From assembly GCA_905178155.1 (NCBI GenBank), contig CAJINV010000010.1, forward strand, positions 932,425 to 996,424: a stretch of DNA of 64,000 nt, in the 5' to 3' direction. The DNA is from Amoebophrya sp. A120. Taxonomy: Eukaryota; Protista; Dinoflagellata. Below, one piece after another: positions 52,601 through 62,500 of the stretch (position 1 is the first letter of the stretch; every line of letters starts with the position of its first letter). Both the position numbers and the translations under genes were made by a program. The notes beneath the pieces are model-generated. The model was given only the letters and a program-made list of their open reading frames with translations. It ran no database searches and was not told the origin of the DNA.

Positions 52601-55478
52601 CCCTGGTTCCGCTGGCGGACACGGTGATGAAAGACTTCTACCTGAGCTGCAGGCACGAGGATATCCGGCGTCGTCAGCACACAATCTTCAACTCTGTCGA
52701 GGCCGCGCTGCGGGACCTGTTTGCGCGGCCCCTGGGCATGGATGAGCAGACCTGGCGGCAGCAGGCCGAACTCGAGCGGACTGCCGCTGCCGCCGCCACA
52801 CGGGCGATGCGCAACGGCGGACTAGAGCTAGAGGGTCTGTCTGAACAGCAGCAACTCGATTTGGCCATGAAACTTTCGGCAGAAGACGCCGAGGGGCCCG
52901 GCGCAAGAACAGCGGAAGTAGTGGACAAAAACGCCAAGTCCTCAACACCGGAGGTTTTTGATGCCGAAAAGATCGAAGCCGAGGTTTCCGCGCGGTTCCA
53001 AGCGCTGGAGCGCGACGAAAATTGCAGGTACATTATCGAAAAGGCCAAGAGTGGAGCGAATGTGTTTTCGCGGATGTGTGAGTACCTGTGCTCCAACCTC
53101 GAACATTTAAAGCGCTTGCACGAGGGCGAGGGGGCGGACCTGTGGGAGCAGCTGTGGGACGCCGACCGTCGAGCGGCGTACAGTCCCGCCTGGAACTACA
53201 TCCGCAACGTAGTCGCGCAAAACGAGCCGGACGTCGAAATGTTTCCGTTTGACCAGTGCCACGTCCCGCAGGAAGGAATCTACTTCTGCGTTCCGCGAGA
53301 GTGGATCGATGTCGAGCTGCGGCCCTGCCTTCACACGCCCCGGAAGCGCGGTGAGCCGAAGCAAGTGGTGCGCTTTCCGGATTGGGAGCAGTATCAACAT
53401 GTGACGAGCGGGTGCTCGCACAACAAGCGGGAGCTCCAGCCATTTCCAACGATCCAGGCATACGTGCGCCGTCGGGGCGGCTACAGGATGAATGAATTTG
53501 TGCACCGGCACGAAGTAGCTTACCAATTGGTACACGTCGAAGAGCTGAAGTACGTGTGTCTCAGTTTGAAGGGTATTGTCGAGGTGCCGCGGCCGCTTCG
53601 CCTGCACGCCTTTTACATTCACCACACCCCGGAGAAAGGGCTGCAGGAGACGCCAGTGCCCCACCCTCTGTTTCCCCAGGACAGGCAATACGGTGCCCTG
53701 ACCGCGTTCGCGAGGACCGGGAACCTCCGCGAGTCCTGTCCGACCTGTATGCCGCTTTTGCGATACGTGACCTTCTTCCGTCCGTCCCCGCTCCACGACG
53801 GTGCGAAGTTTGAAGTGTGGTTCCGCAAGGAGGGCAACAAGCAATTCAAGCGGTTGGGTAGCATTGCCCTTTTCTCGGGGGAAGCGCTGAGCGAAGTGAA
53901 AATGATGCTGATGCAGGAGTTTTCCGGCACAATCGAAGGTCCGAATCGCCAGCAGCTGTCTTTCCAGAAGCGCACGAAGAATCAAAATGTCGAGTCTGCG
54001 CTGCCGCCGGCCCACGATATGTACAATCACGTGTGGACGATTCCGCAAGGCGTGCCGGTTGATGGCCCGGTACACTTATCAAATGTAAAAATGTCTGGGT
54101 CTGGAAGGGTTGGAACTTGTGATGCAAACTCTGGAACACACAAAAATTTGTGTTGCATGAGCGCCAAAAGCTGTTCATTTCGTGGCACGCAAGTAGGAAG
54201 TTTCTCATGCGGGACAGGCATCATGAGGCGCGCTCAAAACCTGTGATGCTTTTGCCTGCATCAGGATCAGACGCCATTTGCGTGATCCGAAATATGCATG
54301 ACAAATCTCGCAATCTTCCAGACCCAGACACTTTTACATTTGATAACCCTGGACTCAGAACGATAGTGTTCTGTGCCAGCTCTGCGTCACACCGTGGTCG
54401 CACCGGCTCAATGTGCAGGAGGTTACCCCGGTGGAAACCGTCGATCCCCTTCTTGGAGCGGCGTCGAGCGCTGCTGCGCTTAGCAGTAGCAAAAAGGTCC
54501 AGCGGGACGGGAAGCGATTGCAAGGTAAGTACTACTACTTTATAAAGTTGGGTTTGTATCATAGTCTTTGTGATTTCCTCGTTGTAATTAGGTCCACCTC
54601 TGAAACGTGACTACAGAAAGACGAACACAGAAACAGCATTTTTGCATACTACTAGTACTACCATACATAATGCGAACGCAAGAACATAAAATTCCTGAAT
54701 CAGGTTTCGCGAATCTGAAGAACATGATAGCGGGAAACAATCCACCGGGCGGTGGCGGGGGTGCTTCGAGTCCAGCAGAGATGAATCAAAACGCCGGCTC
54801 TTCCTCTTCTAGCAGTTCCTCCTCCTCGTCTTCCAGCAGCAGTGCTGCTGGCGTAGGTTCTACAATCGGAGCAGGTGCAGCTACATCAACTAGCAACATG
54901 ATGTCGAATCAATTTCAAAAACTCGATGCCGGAGAACTCGAGGGTGTCGAGCACCCGGACCAATTCGGAATCTTGCTGCCGAAGGATGAATATGCATTGC
55001 AAATATGTCTGGGTCTGGAAAGGGCGAACTTGTCATGCTGGTCTGCTATTCCTGGGAAATCGAAATCTGTATTGCGTGACCAACAAAACTCGGAGCCGCT
55101 TTTGTCACAGACGAAAGCGCAGGTTATCATGCGGGCTGCGTAATATGAGGAAGTGTTGTGGAAAGTTGTCATGCTTGGCCGCATTCGAATGCGTCTCCAT
55201 CATCCACATTTTGGCATCACAAGTTTCCAGACCCAGACATATTGGCATTTGATAATGAAGGACATCCCGGAGCATTTCGTCTTTCTGGTGGAGTAGACCA
55301 CACGTCGATGCAGGGTGGGAGCAAAAATGGTGACCATCGCAGTGGTGCTTCTGCTTCTGCGTCCGGAGGTTCCAATTGGATGAAAACGACGCAAGGCGCT
55401 GCGGATTCGATCCCCCCGGCTGCGCTGATTGCAGCACCAAAGGAGGTAGAGAACGAAGTAATTGAGCTCTCCGACTGA
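25617..55478 (+). CDS. Large ubiquitin-specific protease (USP48-like), multi-exon, interrupted by the YR retrotransposon at 31360-48218
   Basis: Cys box GLVNCGATCYFNSALQ (~28340), EQEDVSEF, His box YDLVGMLMHLGGSAGSGHYTA (~30535), WYTFNDDEV (~31234), then NSQVYMLIYKR (~48830) on the far side of the element. The empty site reads EEEA|DDADEEDD in frame. Confidence 0.85.
26083..26348. mobile_element. TIR introner, family 1
   Basis: TIR, DR acaga. Confidence 0.9.
26411..26672. mobile_element. TIR introner, family 1
   Basis: TIR, DR tcgga; very similar to 11141-11405. Confidence 0.9.
27044..27310. mobile_element. TIR introner, family 1
   Basis: TIR, imperfect DR tcaag/tcaga; frame restored by removing the element plus 5 nt. 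Confidence 0.85.
29613..29880. mobile_element. TIR introner, family 1
   Basis: TIR, DR ccctg. Confidence 0.9.
29937..30257. mobile_element. TIR introner, family 3
   Basis: TIR, DR tcagg. Confidence 0.88.
30938..31196. mobile_element. TIR introner, family 1
   Basis: TIR, DR tccca. Confidence 0.9.
31359..31529 (+). repeat. Split direct repeat A1 (171 bp), containing splice donor CAAG|GTATAC at 31388
   Basis: Identical by eye to 44824-44994 (offset 13465). Confidence 0.95.
32968..37658 (+). CDS. Gag-like ORF1 of the retrotransposon: six exons, Q/A/G-rich middle, CCCH-like finger, GK-rich basic tail
   Basis: Predicted phase-1 GT-AG introns 33770-33950, 34077-34181, 34272-34451, 34530-34694 and 34758-34893 join in one frame into ORF 35022-37658. 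CRDFHMQGSSCNGGCRKWH near the C-terminus. Gag identity is inferred from position. Confidence 0.7.
38207..39004 (+). CDS. Retrotransposon accessory protein A (unknown function; start uncertain)
   Basis: Open ORF sharing YKVxPDGTIxATxxY, LFP and WxxEELxRxxxxHV blocks with the next gene. Confidence 0.6.
   Translation: MLTSEKSLRPQSSLEVCVHNEEQQSRHVMRAHLRGARVYETWADETMSCLKPTYYKVNPDGTITATERYFKKLNVERPPEGQERTSDKPLFPVISAQKVGDASAVLQAWDYLEDAQRTAHPYFADEMSLQRNSDQRTLQDGSWGKEELQRSVLAHVELYKQVGFGTAGAIGTLLQAAETADLMDAYENGDDPHVKSPNSWTDSDREDRFTRLPWQEYPHPPRNWDGKFRGEICDPDSNDLWTQHSGHMHIRDQVFHRRARLGWQA
39144..40536 (+). CDS. Retrotransposon accessory protein B (paralog of A), two exons
   Basis: Phase-0 GT-AG intron 39591-39708 joins ORF 39144 to the frame of ORF 39919. 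Basic N-terminus MAPKKKHKK. Confidence 0.7.
41013..42173 (+). CDS. Retrotransposon accessory protein C: N-acylation-like N-terminus and Cys/His-rich C-terminus, two exons
   Basis: Phase-2 GT-AG intron 41411-41494 joins ORFs 41013 and 41475. Starts MGNQVSCCMCW and ends HCLAC...HCPTPCGREECTHCGRCVDCDH. Confidence 0.7.
42470..44257 (+). CDS. Tyrosine recombinase
   Basis: LWYLVGCRSASI (R), RSDK (K), TEHSVRR (HxxR), RGW..TFADYA (W/Y) in the RHRY order, followed by a long basic C-terminal extension. Confidence 0.88.
   Translation: MDARDASVILPPQGVNPRNMYKPPQPRTASAQIVPTTRQTNDTALTRTFTTLQADLEAQAVQTSTLSTHAQLHEALRRYIKATWPNFGDSEPANLKQVELFCLDKVQKQEHRSADVIFTQLLHFMINPPLDEDGRQPVLLQNAPAFAPLAFEKARERVQKACSATKCPVTKAYPLSLHTLRQVAFPERAALMLWYLVGCRSASIQAIEPGDVKIHTAPGTRVPVRVSVFIRSDKVCTATSRTVLIGCNCFDDPTCCLLCDKEHHDAIDKLKDSHGKTWLPQLAHYGLGITEHSVRRAHALEARRRMQSGKHCNLDQFLRDRGWQLRSTFADYACDLQDFVHIKFPPIGATWWPADPLDDSTSSKSMVFRDVNKVTNITRAENIGTLATAPSNGLPVARSAKQTRAHGGLSPKPPTPKVVRKATEGDKVSKYTSLARGKPALTSTLRQNKEGKLVPTLPTVVKKSWEELAGHTKEKYVYRPNDAPKEHREEAWAERQRRGVGTAQEPAKRNKNYKPWHALPLPERAKLRDGAGAKHQSREKIEYYLQDINRERVASHRDAIYRQHPDKSGFYRDKPDAGELEQLQQAGAQPPAGPA
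44339..44826 (+). repeat. Split direct repeat B1 (488 bp)
   Basis: Matches 47733-48220 (offset 3394); two substitutions seen. Confidence 0.95.
44824..44994 (+). repeat. Split direct repeat A2
   Basis: Copy of A1, directly fused to B1 through AGA. Confidence 0.95.
45015..47772 (+). CDS. Reverse transcriptase-RNase H (DIRS type), interrupted by GT-AG intron 46210-46333
   Basis: SPAFPK..KIRQIIDSRAQN, KDFEKYYY, LNMGNTHSVPG|ACRV..LYIDD, ALGI. RNase H motifs YLDASG, IMTLETL, VDN, RNPADAFSR. Confidence 0.92.
47733..48220 (+). repeat. Split direct repeat B2, containing splice acceptor TCTCAG|GTACC at 48200-48201
   Basis: Copy of B1; overlaps the last codons of the RNase H ORF (AGTMPADRKKRK*). Confidence 0.95.
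48261..48514. mobile_element. TIR introner, family 1
   Basis: TIR, DR gggtg/ggttg; removal joins DEEWV to PPGTT of the long USP exon. Confidence 0.9.
54077..54345. mobile_element. TIR introner, family 1
   Basis: TIR, DR acact/accct. Confidence 0.9.
54991..55254. mobile_element. TIR introner, family 1
   Basis: TIR, DR atgaa. Confidence 0.9.
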
Positions 55479-56509
55479 TAAAAATATCAGCCTCATCAGT
55501 ACGAGTACTTAGTTCTTGAAGATTACAGTGAATAAACCTATTTAGTTTTAGAGCTTTTTTGTAGCAACCTTGAGCAGTACTTCCAGTTGTCTATGAATAC
55601 GATCGTTTCATCTTGTGACAGTTTGGAGATGACAAGTCCAGATAGCAATGGCAAATTTATTTCGAGTCAATTGATTCCAGATTATTTTTAGTTGTGCTTA
55701 CGAGTGATCTCTACTCATCTCTCAACATTTTTATATCAGCTGGAAAGCAGACATTTTGTGGCTTTCAGATTTTCCAACGCGACTTATATATCTTACGATC
55801 TATGACAAATTCAGCATTACAAGAAACCCAATTTTCAATCTTCGGCGACAAATTTCTTCTGTAACACTGTATTCGATTAAGAGACGCAGCTGTTCTCTCT
55901 GAGCTGTGTTGACCAATAAATAAACGCGACAAGAATATCTCGATACAGAGGCAAAAACTTTTCAGCAAAAGGACCAGACAAGAAAACCGTTTTAACAACG
56001 CAAATATCAATCGCTATTTGGATTTCTGCTCTCCGGCGACACCACACTAAGTGACGAGCACACGACGACGACCTTGATGGCGGCGCTCTGAGCGGACTGA
56101 GTCTGTGTGGTCATTATCTTCAACATTGTTCTTCACTTTTCGCAGAAGATTTGAGCATTCGTCCAAACAGGCTTTCGCTGGGTCGGTTGTACTCCTGGTG
56201 TGCAGCTTCATAGACCACAGATGGCAACTTTGCCGGACTGCCACAGCTACGGCTCATTTGCAGTCGTTTCGCGTTGTCGTGTCTACCGTAGGTTTCAATC
56301 GTTCTCAAAAGTTTCAACTGCTTTTGCTTTTTACTTGTTTCGGTCCCTTGACTTCATGGTCCGTCGCAGAGAAGTACTATAGGAGACTCAAGTGAATAAA
56401 ATTCTGCTGCTCCACACGATTAAAAATCCTCGATATAGTCGAAGAAACACCGAAGTTCTTGTTGTGCGACCTACTTACTTAAGTACTTATCCACCAAGAA
56501 TACAACACC

Positions 56510-59500
56510 ATGGCAACAACTTCTGCCTCGTCTTCTGCCCAGCAAGACCAGGCGGACTTTCTGCGTTTCCGCGAGGAACTGCGGGAAACCATCCGGAGTT
56601 TTCGGCCCAGCTCCTTGCACGACTATAATTTTGCCGCCAGTTGTTCCTCGAATCAGAACTCGCCGGAGAAACTACGTCTGACACTAACCAAGAGTGTGGA
56701 ATCGCTCGGGTCCGACGAGGTTCTAAATCTGGGACGCAGCGGTAGGGATGGTTCTGGAGATTTTGTTTCGGCGGGAACAAATGGAAATGCAGGAGCTCGT
56801 AGCACCACTGCTACTATGAACAATATTGCGACGACGCGCTCGGGAGGACACCAAAGCCAACGACTGGCTACGCCGGGTGCGGCGAAGACTTCATTGGATG
56901 CTGGCGTATCCTGTGCAAAAGTATCGTCCTCGTAGTAATCGCAGTCATACATTACAAACCTCCTTCCAAATGCAAATCAGCATGACAAATTCCATTTGTA
57001 AGTAACGCTAAGCGAATTTGTATTGCAATTCATATTAGTACGATACTTTTGCAGTTCATATAGCGCCGGGAAGATCTACAATGCGACAGAATCAACATCT
57101 ACTTCAACGACCTCCTCGCCTGTTAAGAAAGTTGTCGTAACTATGGATTGTAAAAATGTCTGGGTCTGGAAGGTTGGGACTTGTAATGCTAGCTTTCCAT
57201 ACCTAGAAAATCTGTATTGCATAACCAACAAAAGTCGCAGCCTCTTTTGTCATGCAAAAACGCAGTTTCTCATGCGGATTGCCCACGAGAAAGCGTTTTG
57301 GGAAGTTGTCACGCCGGACTGCATTCGGAAGTGTTTTCATCATGCACATTTTAGCATCACAAGTTTCCAGACCCAGACACTTTTGCATTTGATAGGAACA
57401 AACAGCTCCGCGTCCGCCGCCATAGGGATAGGAGATGACGACGCAGGAGCTTCTTGCCGAGGAGCAGATCAGGAGCGTTTTGCTGGAACAACCGCGGGAG
57501 GACGCGCAGCTGGTACCTCGCCCATCTCCGCGGATTCCGCTGTGCTGCAAGGAACAACAGGAGCTTCTGGTGGTACAGCAAGCAGCGCAGAACAATCCAC
57601 TGGGTCGTCGTCGAAAATAAAGATAGACAAGATCACCCCTATCAACCTGCACCTGTTCGGCCCGCAGGGATCGGGCAAAACTTCCTTTCTCCGCACCTGT
57701 TTCCGGGCTTACTTCGGGGAGAAAAACTTGCCGAAAGAAATTGAGAACTTGGAAAAGGAGCTGTATCGGACGGACGATGGGACCTCGAAGTACAGTGTAT
57801 ACAAGCTAACCGACTGGGTGCATCTGCATGACACCCGGGGTCAGCGGGAGTACTCAGACGTGGAACTCGAGCAGTTGAGACTGGTATAATTGGTATATGA
57901 AATTGTACTTACAAGTTCTTAGGCTGCTCCTGTGAATCTGTGAATCGAAGATTCGTTGGAAATTACTATCCTTCTATAGCGGTTTGATGCATGACTGACG
58001 TGAAGCCTTATGCGGTTTTTGCATGACAAATCTCATGACCCCCCAGGTTCTCGACGGGCGTGCGATGCCGGGGTCGGTGATCGAGCAGCGCAAGCGGTAC
58101 TGGTTGATGCTGCGGTATGCAAGAAAAAAACTGTGTAAGTGTAAATCTGTGATGCAGAAAATGCAAAACAGTTACACTTGTCATGCTGGAAGTGCGTCAC
58201 AGGCTACTATCATACGTGTTTCCACTGATACTAGCTGCGCATGACAGGTTTTCCCTGTAATGCAAAACGAATTTGTGATGCTGCTCTTGCTACAAAGCTA
58301 CACTTAAAACAGTTTTTTTCCTGGATGTGCGGGAGTTTTGGAAATCCGATGAGGAGATGAAGAAAGCGTTTTCGCGGAAGATCCTGAACAACAGCAAATA
58401 CTCGAACTTGAACACTATCGAAAGGAAAAATCTCACCTCCCCATATCAAAACGAAATTTCTGATGCTGGATTTGTGTACTCACCAGAAGGAAATTGTAGC
58501 AGATACTTCGCGAATTTAAGCAGATCCAAAAGTTGCCGCTTTTTATTTTTTTGGCACTGCGAGGACGAAGGTAGCAGGTCTAGGTGGCACTCCCCATGAC
58601 GGCCATGCATCTGGCTGCATGCTGGAAAAGCTTACCGCTGAATCCGCTTGCGCGAGGGCTGTGTACTCGCTTGGGCCGATAGGGATAGAAAGGGCGACTG
58701 AGAAGTGCGGTCGGCCCCTGCAGCCAACAAAATTTCTGTGCGCCCGGTATTGCTGCCCCGGTTGCCCTCTGGCCTGCTTCTAGTCTTTTTTTGGAGCAGA
58801 CGCATTTTTTAACCTCACCATGATGGTGCTCCATCTTCATTTTTGCGCTATGCAGCCTCACCTCGTGCGCCTGCATTGACTTGCCCTTGTTGTACGATGT
58901 GGCGCATTTTCCCTGTTTGCGGCATATTCGTAGAGGCCCACGCGGCCACTCGGAAGCAAAGCAAGCCCGCCGCGACGTTTCTATTCGCGCGCGCCAAAGG
59001 TGGCGGCGCAGGGGACGTGTTGCGCGTTTCATAGGGTGGCCGGGAATAAAAAAAAACAGCTGGTTGCCGTGCGGAGCCACTGCACGAGCTGCGGCGCCAC
59101 TTCGCGACAACACCAAAAGCGAGCAAATTTTTGTTCTGCGCGAAGTTCGCGCAATTCTGAAAGAGAAGAAATTGGGCCCTCCGTGTGGAGGGTGGAGTGA
59201 GACTGTCGTGCTTCGTTGGACAGAAAATTTTGGCTTCTTCTTGCGTCGCTGGCGGCCCAGAAAGAAACCGGCCCCTCCGCCCGGAGGGGGCGGTTTCTTT
59301 AGGACCCGGAATTCAATTTTTTTACAAAAAACCTCGACTTTCGTTGTTTTCTGGGGGAAAGGTAGCGTTCCGGCTATCAAAGAAACCGCCCCCTCCGTGC
59401 GGAGGAGCCAGTTTCTTTATGGGCCGCCAGCGGTGCAAGAAGAAAGCGAAAAATAAGAAATCGATCCCTCCGCGCGGAGGGGTCGATTTCTTATTTTCGG

Positions 59501-62500
59501 AACGGCGCGCGCAGCGCGCCGAAGAAAAATTTTTTTGTTGTTGCATCTACTGGCTTCGGAAACAAGTCGTGAGCCACGCCTCCGCGCGGAGGCGAGGATT
59601 TCTTATTTTCCTAGTGCGGAGCAACGAGAACGACGGCCCATTCCTGAGGAGGTGGGCGCCGCGGTTGTCTGGTTCCTTATGTGGCATAGCGCGCGCACCG
59701 GCGTCGGGTTGCGCTCCTTAAGGCGCATGTAGCGCGGTGCGTGCGTTGTTATGGGCCTTTTGTCTGAGGGCAGCACCTGTCGCGCAGGCGCCGCTGCAGG
59801 GGATTTCGCCCCTGAGCTCGGTGGCGACTCGCGAGAGACTAAAAAGGGTATGGGCACGCATGGGGCACCGGCGCCGCGACAAAGCCAGCCAAAGGGCTGC
59901 GTCTTTGTTTGAGGCGCCCCGCGTTTCGCCCTACCTTTTTTCGCTGTGTTGTTTCTGGAAAATCAAAAATCATGCGGCAACTTTTTGGGCCCGGCGGTGT
60001 AGGGGTCGACCTTTGTTGGAGTTAACTTACTCTGCAGTAGCGGCGCCCGGCCTACAAGCTGCCGGCCGCCTTGTGCGATCGGCGACGCATTCTCCCCTGC
60101 CCTCGCCAAGGCAGCCGCAGCTTTTCTGGCGCTGGGCAATCTGCTTAAATTATTGAAGTATCTGCTTCTACTACCTGATACACAGTACACAAATCCGAGC
60201 TGTCTTGCTGGAGAGCACTGAAGGCCCATATCAAGTGTGAGTAGCGAGGTTTTGGCTTAGGCACTTAGCATGAAAAACATCCGCGCTGTAGGCCCAACAG
60301 CATGACAAACCGCCTGCGCAATGCGGCGGTTGTCTGCGGAATTGCCTCCTTGCAAGACAGACACGATTTGTGACCACAAATCAGCATCACAAATTTCCAA
60401 AAATGTACCTTTTCAATATGGGGAGGGGGGATTTTTCCTTACGATAAACACCAGTCCGCATTTTGTCTTCTTCGCCATTGATCCGACCCAACAAGAATTG
60501 CTCTACGAAGACATATCAAATGTAAAAGTGTCTGGGTCTGGAAGAATGCAACTTGTCAACATGCTGCATTTGGATTCCAGAAAAATCTGTATTGCATGAG
60601 TACCAAAAGGAGTGTAATTTTTGCTGCGCGGAGAGGGCATTTGTCATGCGGAATAGGCATCAAGAAGCTCTGAAAAAATCTGTGATGCTAGGGCATGCAT
60701 CACAGACATCAGGAGGGCTCATGCAAAACGTGCATGACAAGTGTCAGAATGTTCCAGACCCAGACATTTTTACAGTTGATAAGACACGGACTTTCGCGAC
60801 AGCTACAAGCAGCTTTTACGGGAGATGCGCGTGAAAGAAATCCCCTATGCGGTCCTGTGCACCCACGGGGACCTGCTAGACGAGAGCGGGAGAAAAAAGT
60901 TGCATGCGCTACCCAAGTTATTGCGGATCGACGATGTTCCTCAGGGTTTGGGTGGGGACAATAACAGCAGCGGACAGCAGGAAAGCGGTTATTTTCACAG
61001 TAATAGAATTAACATTAAGAATTTCATCAATTTCTTGAATGTAGTTGCCGTGGCCTTTCTTATCATTTGCCGTGCAACAGTTGTGTGACAGTTACTTTTT
61101 TTAGCTGACCTCACAATAGGGATGGATTTCCCAAAAACTACAGGCGACTCCTTCCACGCAAGCACAGACACAGAGCAATGCGCGCAGAAAGCACCCCCAA
61201 CAACCAATATGCATTGCAAAAGTATCGTACTAGTATAAATCGCAATACAAATTTTTTCAGAAGGAAAAATGGAATTTGTAATGCTGATTTCGGTAAGAAA
61301 TAAGATTTGTCATGCATATTTGCAATTAGTACGAGTGCGATACTTTTGCACAGGATAGCCAATGGATCGAAGCAATCTACTACCTCGACCATTTCTACGA
61401 AAGAAATCCGTTTACCGGACACCTATCCTGAGTAAAAACTTCCCCACGACCCCATAGTCAACTTAGTAAATCTGCAACACAAATCTTCAAGGTTTAGGAG
61501 TTGCGCATGACAAGTTTCAATCTGCAGTGTAGTGCTGGTTAGTATGGGAAGCCGCATGAAAAAGCCACTCTCTTATCCTATTTACAGCATTACAGATTCC
61601 ACCACGCGATTGGAAAATCCCCTCATGGAGATGCGCATTAGAAATGTTCCTGCAATTATCGCATATCTGCATGACAACTGTGGGGTGGGGACGTTTTTGC
61701 ACAGGATAACACCATTCGCATCGTCACAAACTATACCAAGCCAACCACGAAAATCCAGACCGACTGCGACACCGAGGAAGATCTCGATGACCCCGCCGCA
61801 AACCTTTCCGATGTGGAGTCGCTTTGCGAAGTTGTCGAGGTCGTCGACAATAATTTGAACGATATCTACAACCCTGATTTTCCGCTCCCCATCCCGCAGC
61901 AGATCGCAAACATTCAGTTCCCGCTATTACAATGAAAAACGCCCCCACCCCCGAACTTGGGAGCATTTGCATTGCAAACCTTTCCAAATGAAACATTCGC
62001 CCTCTTGCATCTGTCAGCATCACAGGTTTGTTCCAATCGTGAATAGCAAAAATTTGTATTGCAAAAGACCCCAGCTGCAAGAGTCGCGCTTGTCATGCAA
62101 GCGATGCGATACACGCCTACACTCTGCATCAGAAGGATTCATACTCCTTTCATGCAAAGCAAAAAGTTTTCATTTGGAAACTTCGCCTCACAAATTTTTG
62201 CAAAATTAAGGGTGGGAGCATTTTTCACTGTAATACCCGCCCCAGCCCCCACTGCCGCCAAAAATCTCGCTGACTGACTATGGCTTGCTCAGATGTTACA
62301 ATCTCAAATCGGTTACCATAGAATCTGAAACTTGTCTTGCATGAACGGCATGAGTTGTACCATACAGAGAAATGGGGTTTTCGCAATACAAATTTCACCA
62401 GAATCATCTCACGGGGTTTGGAGCTTCGAAACTTGTCAACATGCGCAATCCTGTTGTAACAGTCGGATAGATAATGCACTATTTGCATCACAAATTTCCA

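Noticed and set aside
48220-54246. 2008-aa ORF as a stand-alone gene
   Set aside because: Its first ~100 and last ~55 codons are largely introner read-through. The core is an internal exon of the USP gene.
58580-60156. ORFs within the nested insertion as a transposase
   Set aside because: Low-complexity translations with no DDE or other catalytic motif.
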